Of a DNA stretch of 14,041 nt, positions 8,044 through 14,041 are shown piece after piece. A model generated the notes under the pieces. The model did no database searches, had not been told where the DNA came from, and worked only from the letters and a program-made list of their open reading frames with translations. This DNA is from Rhodothermales bacterium. GTDB lineage: Bacteria > Bacteroidota > Rhodothermia > Rhodothermales > VXPQ01. Numbering within the stretch: position 1 is the stretch's first letter; each line of letters opens with the position of its first letter. The DNA lies in the NCBI GenBank assembly GCA_040904565.1, contig JBBDTI010000080.1:3970-18010 (forward strand), read 5' to 3'. The position numbers and the translations under genes were made by a program.

Positions 8044-8859
8044 ATGTCGAGACAGAGGGCGTCACTCAAGGTCATTCATCCATCCAGCGAGGCAGACGGC
8101 GATCCGTCGATCGTCGCGCGCGGACTCAACGTCTGGTTCGGAGATATGCACGTGCTGAGGGACGTCGACGTAACGCTGCACCCGCATCGCATCAACTGCA
8201 TCGTCGGCCCGTCAGGCAGCGGCAAGTCTACGCTGATTCGGAGCGTCAATCGGATGAATGACGACCTGGAAGGGTTCACCTGTACGGGCAACGTGCGCGT
8301 AGGTGGTCGCGACGTTCTCGACGACGGCACGGATGCCGTCCGCCTTCGCACGGAGGTGGGCATGGTGTTTCAGAAACCGTGCGTGTTTCCCCGGTCGATC
8401 GCCGAGAACGTGCTGTTCGGCGTTCAGGATCAGCAGCGGCTGTCGCGGGAGGAGCGGTCGACGCTCGTCGAAGAGAACCTCCGCGCCGCGTCGTTGTGGC
8501 GGGAAGTCAAGCATCGGCTCGACGCTCCGGCGGGGTCCCTGTCGATCGGCCAGCAGCAGCGGCTGTGCATCGCCCGGACCCTGGCGGTTCGGCCGCGCAT
8601 CGTGCTGCTCGATGAACCGACGTCGTCGTTGGATCCGGTCTCCGGGCGCGCGATCGAGGAGCTGATGGGCGAACTGAAGAAGAAGTACACGATCGTGCTG
8701 GTCACACACGATATCCGGCAGGCGTGGCGCGTAGCCGACCATCTCATATTCCTCTGCGACGGCCGTGTCATCGAGCAGGGCCCTGCCGACCAGCTCTTCC
8801 GCAGCCCGGCGCACGAAGAGACCGGCCGGTATCTCAGCGAATCCTACTGTGCGTGCTGA
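8044..8859 (+). CDS. pstB: Phosphate ABC transporter ATP-binding protein PstB (divergent, Cys-rich)
   Basis: Walker A GPSGSGKST, Q-loop GMVFQKP, signature LSIGQQQRLCIAR, Walker B LLDEPTSSLDP and H-loop VTH. PstB-type features include NRMND, LWREVK and YTIVLVTH. Confidence 0.9.
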   Translation: MSRQRASLKVIHPSSEADGDPSIVARGLNVWFGDMHVLRDVDVTLHPHRINCIVGPSGSGKSTLIRSVNRMNDDLEGFTCTGNVRVGGRDVLDDGTDAVRLRTEVGMVFQKPCVFPRSIAENVLFGVQDQQRLSREERSTLVEENLRAASLWREVKHRLDAPAGSLSIGQQQRLCIARTLAVRPRIVLLDEPTSSLDPVSGRAIEELMGELKKKYTIVLVTHDIRQAWRVADHLIFLCDGRVIEQGPADQLFRSPAHEETGRYLSESYCAC

Positions 8860-8877
8860 AAACGGCTGAGCAGCCGT
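8859..8877 (-). terminator. Probable intrinsic terminator for the minus-strand GDPD gene
   Basis: Perfect hairpin ACGGCTG-AG-CAGCCGT (8862-8877), followed on the minus strand by a short T run. It lies between convergent pstB and GDPD. Confidence 0.5.
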
Positions 8878-8958
8878 GCCTCCGATTCGACAGGTGCGGG
8901 CGTAGTCGAGCGGGCCTGCGCGGATAATCGGTCCGGTGACCGTTTGAGCACCCGCGGC

Positions 8959-10827
8959 CTAATCTTCGAGCAAGAGCGGCTGGAAGCTGAGCAGCAGGCG
9001 CTCGGGTACGGACAGCGCGGTGATCTCGTCGATGAGCCGTCGTACGAGACGGGGATCGTCCGTTATGATCCCGTCCACGTCGCGTTCGATCATCTCCACG
9101 ACGGCGTCCGTACTGTTGAGCGTCCACACGTGCACGTCGACGTTCCGTCTCTGTGTTCGTCGGACGAAGCGCTCGGTCGCCATCTGACGCGGAACGGCGA
9201 GAAAGTCGACCGACAGGCGGTCGAGGCTGCCCATCGTCAACGTGGCAACGTACCCCGTGTGAATCTCGGGGGCCAGGCGCCGGACCTGCCGGACGGCCTC
9301 CAGGTCGAGAGACATGATGACGACGTCCTCCGGCGCGGTCATCTCGTGCCTTCGCACGATCTCGAGTACACGCGGTGCCAGAGACGGGTTTGGGCCATAA
9401 TACTTCAGTTCGATGTTGAGGCCGATACGACCCTTTGCCCGATCGAGAAACTCGTCCAACGTAGCCACGCGCCGCTCGGAAGCAGGCACGTCGGGATCGC
9501 GGCCGAGGACGACGTCGCTCAGCTCGGCATAATCCGTTCCAGCGATGATTCTCGGATCCAGCGCGAGACGCATGAGGTCGGCATCGTGGACGACGACGAT
9601 CACACTGTCTCTGGTAGACTGCACGTCGATCTCGGCGTAGTCCGCCCCCACCTCTATGCTCCGCTCGAGGGCGGCGAGCGTATTTTCGGTAGCCAGGTGG
9701 GCACCCGCACGGTGGGCGGTTACGACCACGGACGGCTGATCGACCGGTAAGGTGATGATGTACCCGCTGAGCGCCGTACTCAAGAAAACGGCAGCGAGGA
9801 GGACGGGCACGGCCCGGGAGGGGCGCAGCCACCGGCGCAGCGTAGCGAGGGATCCGGGTCGTATCCCTGCCCGGGTAGTGTGCGCGGATGCATGCGTGGC
9901 GTCGTCTTCGTGAAACTGCTTGATCAATACGGTCGCCAGGATCGAGAAGCCAAGAAACGAGAGCACGGCGTCGAACAGGAGAATGGATGCCGAATAGGTC
10001 GCGCTGACGGCAATCAAGGGCGTGACCGACGTGGTGTTTGCAGCAATGGTAGTCGCGAGGTGGGAGGCCGCCCGGAAGAGGATGGATTGTACCAGCACGC
10101 GCAGCGCGAGCCAGGTCACCGCGATGACGATCGCGGCGCGAAGCGTGCGCAGGGCCTTCCCGGAAGCCATCTGCCAGCTTCTGCGCAGCGCGGCGCGAAC
10201 CGGGCGGTGACCGCCCAGGTAGGCGGGAACGGCGGGGAGGCTTCTTATCACGACGTAACCGGCCCCAGCGATCCATACGGCGGCCCATGCGCCTGCAGCG
10301 AGGAGTGCCCTTCCCCATTCGGGCGGTTTGACCGCGATATAATAGTTGATATCGTACTGGTCCAACCATCCGACATAGACCAGGTAGAGTCCGGCTGCCA
10401 GGACCGCTAAGAGCAGAAGCACGCCCACCGTCACGACCGCGCAGAGACGGTAGAGCGCGGGAAGGTCGGGTAGCAGATCGCGGAACGTCCGGTGTACGCT
10501 CACCGACTCCCCGGCCATGTCGTCGGTCACCATCCAGTAGAATCCGGCGAATCGGACGACGGCCGCCAGCGTGATAAGGAGTCCGGCCCCCGTTACGCCG
10601 GCGATGCCTTCGGGCGTCAGCATCCACCCGAGCAGCTCCTCATTACCCAGGAGGGCGCGTTCGCCGCGGAAAAAGATCCTGTGGAGTACCCCCGAAGAGA
10701 GAGGTACGAGCACGAGCCCCATCAATACCCAGCTGAGGAGGGTCCAAAGTGCCATGGGACGCCAGAGGCGCATGACGCGCCACCAGGCGGCGCGGAGCGT
10801 CGCATCAACCAGCTTGTAGAGTCCCAT
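8959..10827 (-). CDS. Membrane-anchored glycerophosphodiester phosphodiesterase (N-terminal multi-TM GPDPase membrane domain + C-terminal GDPD TIM barrel)
   Basis: GDPD motifs AHRAG, ENTLAA, EIDVQ, VVHD, NIELK, VWTLN and DGIITDDP; about 7 TM helices in the first ~360 aa. ATG at 10827, with an alternative TTG at 10830. Confidence 0.93.
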   Translation of the reverse strand: MGLYKLVDATLRAAWWRVMRLWRPMALWTLLSWVLMGLVLVPLSSGVLHRIFFRGERALLGNEELLGWMLTPEGIAGVTGAGLLITLAAVVRFAGFYWMVTDDMAGESVSVHRTFRDLLPDLPALYRLCAVVTVGVLLLLAVLAAGLYLVYVGWLDQYDINYYIAVKPPEWGRALLAAGAWAAVWIAGAGYVVIRSLPAVPAYLGGHRPVRAALRRSWQMASGKALRTLRAAIVIAVTWLALRVLVQSILFRAASHLATTIAANTTSVTPLIAVSATYSASILLFDAVLSFLGFSILATVLIKQFHEDDATHASAHTTRAGIRPGSLATLRRWLRPSRAVPVLLAAVFLSTALSGYIITLPVDQPSVVVTAHRAGAHLATENTLAALERSIEVGADYAEIDVQSTRDSVIVVVHDADLMRLALDPRIIAGTDYAELSDVVLGRDPDVPASERRVATLDEFLDRAKGRIGLNIELKYYGPNPSLAPRVLEIVRRHEMTAPEDVVIMSLDLEAVRQVRRLAPEIHTGYVATLTMGSLDRLSVDFLAVPRQMATERFVRRTQRRNVDVHVWTLNSTDAVVEMIERDVDGIITDDPRLVRRLIDEITALSVPERLLLSFQPLLLED

Positions 10828-11018
10828 CAATCAGTTACGAAAGAGATACCGGAAGGCGGAGCGATGTCGTGAAGGGAGACCGGGAGTGATCGAGCGAGGA
10901 TCCATTCGAAAGTCATACATTACGAGAGTTCTTACCAGCCTGCACGTGTTCGGCGGACGTGATGGAGCGGGAGGGGTTCTCGATCCGGTCAGCCGGTCAC
11001 GTCCTCGGGGCGTCCAAA

Positions 11019-11106
11019 GCGTTTTATGCGTAATTTAGATCTCCAGTTTTAGTACGCGCCGCTGCACTGATGAATACGTGGGCGGACGCAGCTCCGCATA
11101 AAACGC
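11019..11106. repeat. Perfect 12-bp inverted repeat (GCGTTTTATGCG ... CGCATAAAACGC) with 64-bp spacer in a divergent intergenic region
   Basis: 11019-11030 is the exact reverse complement of 11095-11106. Confidence 0.85.
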
Positions 11107-11140
11107 GGGAACGTCTACGTGTCCAATTAAACCATTTCAA

Positions 11141-12100
11141 ATGTTCAACTTTCTGAAGGGAGCGCTGCTTACGGGGTTGTCACTTTTCCTGATGGTGTCG
11201 GCCGGCTGCCGCTCCGATGGATCGGGCGGCGGAGACCGTGATACGACTCCTGGATCTCAGTCTAGCGGTGCGGCGGACGTCCGTACCGGGGCGACGAATG
11301 CCGGCGCGATACATGGCGGGTCCGTGTATGACATTGATCGGCCCTTTCTCGCGGCCGCGCTTCACGGCGATCTGGTAGAGATATCCGGGTTGACGGTGCT
11401 TCCCGATGGTCGACTCGGCGCCGTTCAGGATGAGGATGGCGTCGTGTTCGTGCTGGGCCGCGAGTCCGGAGAGATCGTCGAAAGGTGGTCGTTCGGAGGC
11501 GCGGGCGACTATGAGGGTATAGAACACGCAGGAGATCGCGTATTCGTGCTACGCAGCGATGGGACGCTGATTGAGATTTCCGGGTGGGCCGGCGACGCAC
11601 CTGCGACGCGCGTCATCGAGACCGTCCTTACGGAGCGGAACGACACGGAAGGATTGACCTACGACGCCTCGCGGAACCGGCTTCTGATAGCGTGCAAGGA
11701 GCGTCCGGGTGCCGGCCTCGGTGACCGGTACAAGTCCATCTACGCCTTCGATCTGACGGCTTTGGATCTGACGGGCGACGCCCTGCTGCCAGATCCCGTC
11801 TTTACTATCGACAGGGAAGCCGTAGAACGCCAGTCAGGCGAGAACGGCGAGTTCAAGCCGTCTGCACTTGCCGTCCATCCTGCCACCGGCGCAGTCTACG
11901 TCCTGTCCTCGACGACCCAGGTGATGGCCGTCCTGGACGGAGGCGGGGTGCTCCAATCCGTCATTCAGCTCTCCCCGGATCTATTCGAGCAACCGGAGGG
12001 GTTGGCCTTTCTGCCGGATGGTACGCTGTACATTTCCAGCGAAGGGGATGACGGCCCCGGTATGCTGTATGCGTTTCGCGCCGAAACAGGCGGCCGGTGA
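11141..12100 (+). CDS. SdiA-regulated (YjiK-like) beta-propeller lipoprotein
   Basis: Lipobox SAG/C23, a Gly/Ser linker, and blade motifs EISGL, QDEDG, GDYEGI, DTEGL, FKPSALAVHP, FEQPEGLAF and LYISSEG. Confidence 0.85.
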   Translation: MFNFLKGALLTGLSLFLMVSAGCRSDGSGGGDRDTTPGSQSSGAADVRTGATNAGAIHGGSVYDIDRPFLAAALHGDLVEISGLTVLPDGRLGAVQDEDGVVFVLGRESGEIVERWSFGGAGDYEGIEHAGDRVFVLRSDGTLIEISGWAGDAPATRVIETVLTERNDTEGLTYDASRNRLLIACKERPGAGLGDRYKSIYAFDLTALDLTGDALLPDPVFTIDREAVERQSGENGEFKPSALAVHPATGAVYVLSSTTQVMAVLDGGGVLQSVIQLSPDLFEQPEGLAFLPDGTLYISSEGDDGPGMLYAFRAETGGR

Positions 12101-12301
12101 CCCGCTCATCCTGCCGAAGTCGTCCGAGTAGGCTCATATACCCTAAGCGTCACTTCCGGACAGAGCGAACATCATCATGAGAGTCTTTTCACGGCCTCTC
12201 CACGAACCTAAAAGATTGCAGGTGTATTATCCTATATTCGCGATAAAGATTGATAGGGATTGCTCGCGGTCGCGACGGGTCGCCGCCGTTCTTATCCATG
12301 C

Positions 12302-12319
12302 ATGCGTAGCTTGACGCAT
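12302..12319. promoter_or_regulatory. Candidate repressor operator ATGCGT-N6-ACGCAT upstream of acr3
   Basis: 6-6-6 inverted repeat that overlaps a TTGACG -35-like hexamer and lies downstream of an AT-rich stretch (about 12205-12260). The ArsR/SmtB-type assignment is inference. Confidence 0.35.
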
Positions 12320-12476
12320 ACTATGGCAACCGGAATGGCAACCGACAAGCCTAGCCTCCGGATGCCCGAGGAATCCGTGGCGCGCGCGCAGTTGCGTGGG
12401 CCGGCACAGCGGCCATGGTGCCGGAGACCACGTAAAGAAGTTCTATCCTCACGATCAGGGCACAGACCGTACGATT

Positions 12477-13637
12477 ATGGCACAGACCGTAGCAAAACGA
12501 CTCTCCTTCCTCGACCGCTACCTGACGCTCTGGATCTTTCTTGCCATGGGCGCAGGGGTCTTGCTCGGGTACCTGATACCGGGCATGGCCGACATTATCG
12601 ACAGCGTAAAAATAGGACCGGCACCGCTGCCGATCGCCGTCGGCCTGATTCTCATGATGTACCCGCCCCTGGCGAAAGTAAAGTACAATAAGCTGCACAT
12701 CGTCTTGCAACACAAGCGCGTGCTCGGGCTCTCGCTGTTTCAGAACTGGGTCATCGGCCCGGTGGTCATGTTCGTGCTCGCCATTCTGTTCCTGTACGAC
12801 ATGCCGGAGTACGCCGTCGGGCTGATTCTGGTAGGTCTGGCCCGGTGCATCGCCATGGTCCTCGTGTGGAACGATCTCGCCGACGGCGATCCCGACCTGG
12901 TGGCCGGCCTCGTCGCCTTCAACGCCATCTTCCAGGTGCTGTTTTACGGTGTCTATGCATGGTTCTTCCTGGCCGTACTGCCGCCTTTCTTCGGCATGGA
13001 GAGCGTGATGGTCGACATCGGCGTGTGGCAGATTGCCGGCATCGTGCTGATCTTCCTTGGTACGCCCATGGTGGCGGGCTTCCTCAGCCGCACGCTGCTC
13101 GTCCCGCGCAAGGGTGAGGAGTGGTACGCCAGGAAGTTCATCCCGAAGATCAGCCCTATCACGCTCGTCGCGCTGCTATTCACCGTGGTAGTCATGTTCT
13201 CATCGAAAGGCGGGCAGATCGTAGAGCTTCCGCTGGACGTGATTCGCATCGCCATTCCGCTCACACTGTATTTCGTGGCGATGTTCTTCATCACCTTCTT
13301 CATCGCGCGGTCAAAATGGATCGGGGCGGCGTATCCGCAGAATACGACGGTGTCGCTGACGGCTGCCTCGAACGACTTCGAGCTGGCCGTGGCCGTGGCG
13401 GTGGCCGTCTTCGGCGTGCACTCAGCAGAAGCGTTCGCTACGGTGATTGGGCCGCTGGTCGAAGTGCCGGTGCTGATCGGGCTCGTGAGTGTCGCGCTCT
13501 ATTTCAGGAAGCGGTTCTATGGAGAGGACGGTAAACGCGGCGCCTTCTCGGGGTCGGTCGACGAGCGCCCGATGGATGACGGCGCATCGATGAGAGCGAG
13601 CACTGGCGCCGGCAAGGCTGCCGAGCACATGGGCTGA
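12477..13637 (+). CDS. acr3: ACR3-family arsenite/antimonite efflux transporter
   Basis: [29 protein letters not shown], the conserved-Cys motif [23 protein letters not shown] and GPLVEVP. The ATG at 12477 matches the family N-terminus; 386 aa. Confidence 0.95.
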   Translation: MAQTVAKRLSFLDRYLTLWIFLAMGAGVLLGYLIPGMADIIDSVKIGPAPLPIAVGLILMMYPPLAKVKYNKLHIVLQHKRVLGLSLFQNWVIGPVVMFVLAILFLYDMPEYAVGLILVGLARCIAMVLVWNDLADGDPDLVAGLVAFNAIFQVLFYGVYAWFFLAVLPPFFGMESVMVDIGVWQIAGIVLIFLGTPMVAGFLSRTLLVPRKGEEWYARKFIPKISPITLVALLFTVVVMFSSKGGQIVELPLDVIRIAIPLTLYFVAMFFITFFIARSKWIGAAYPQNTTVSLTAASNDFELAVAVAVAVFGVHSAEAFATVIGPLVEVPVLIGLVSVALYFRKRFYGEDGKRGAFSGSVDERPMDDGASMRASTGAGKAAEHMG

Positions 13638-13929
13638 TGAGCGCACAGATGTCGGATCCCTCAAGCAAGAGGATCTTGTCTGTAAAGGCACGGCGCCTCG
13701 ACGAACACGGTAGCGAGGCGGCGTGGAAGTCCATCTGGGCGGCGTCCGTCAGGATGCACCGCCGCGTATGGAATCCATCGATTACGAGATTGTGGTCGAT
13801 ACGGACGAGAACGACCGAGGGCTCGAGCTCCTGCACGACAACGTGCAGAAATACGGGACGGTCTTCAACACCGTCGCCCCCGGCACCGAATTGAAGGGCG
13901 TGATGCGACGATCTGAAGGGTGCGCCTGA
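13637..13929 (+). pseudogene. OsmC-family protein, internally deleted and frameshifted
   Basis: Frame A (from 13637, TGATG-coupled to acr3) encodes SVKARRLDEHGSEA. Frame B (from about 13720) encodes GVEVHLGGVRQDAPPRMESIDYEIVVDTDE...LLHDNVQKYGTVFNTV. The central NPxELLLAALxxC segment expected in OsmC proteins is absent from both frames. Confidence 0.75.
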
Positions 13930-13985
13930 TAGCCGCAGCTGATCGATTCGACGGGAAGCAACCGCCGGAATTCACCCCCGGAAAC

Positions 13986-14041
<56 letters not shown>

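Noticed and set aside
3253-8814. Long antisense ORFs (3253-4110, 5426-6025, 6177-7115, 7149-8075, 8212-8814) and other overlapping ORFs such as 615-1556 and 2305-3105
   Set aside because: These are shadow ORFs opposite well-supported genes, expected from high-GC codon bias, and carry no recognisable motifs.
8834-10627. 597-aa alternative-frame ORF overlapping GDPD
   Set aside because: Its Arg/Pro/Gly-rich composition is typical of an off-frame read of GC-rich coding DNA, and the GDPD frame has all catalytic motifs.
11068-11125. CTGATGA as a hammerhead ribozyme or fluoride riboswitch core
   Set aside because: No GAAA follows the putative stem II, and there is no GGNGAUGG...UCC P1 or matching pseudoknot upstream.
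12260-12691. 143-aa ORF as ArsR, and the His-containing acr3 extension from GTG 12396
   Set aside because: There is no HTH or ELCVCD/HPxR-type ArsR motif, and the ORF overlaps acr3 out of frame by more than 200 nt. Acr3 family similarity starts at ATG 12477.

Overview
GC-rich bacterial chromosomal window. The Bacteroidota-like proteins with high GC suggest Rhodothermales; this is inference only. From left to right it contains: a degenerate 14-bp tandem repeat array; a 762-aa secreted uncharacterised protein with polysaccharide-lyase-like motifs (-); a divergent, orphan GH108 muramidase; an AldT-like SDR dehydrogenase overlapping a MOT1-family molybdate/sulfate transporter; a pstSCAB-like ABC operon without phoU; a convergent membrane-anchored glycerophosphodiester phosphodiesterase (-); a divergent SdiA-regulated/YjiK beta-propeller lipoprotein; an Acr3 arsenite exporter with no arsR or arsC; an internally deleted OsmC-like pseudogene; and the 3' part of tRNA-Leu(TAG) (-). 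The most notable signal is the Pst-like transporter. Its binding protein has an altered phosphate-binding loop (KEASRGT instead of RxxxSGT), and its ATPase is Cys-rich and ends in C-A-C. It sits in an oxyanion (P/As/Mo) gene neighbourhood whose intergenic regions share a TATGCG(T) motif. All family calls come from motif recognition by eye, not database searches.
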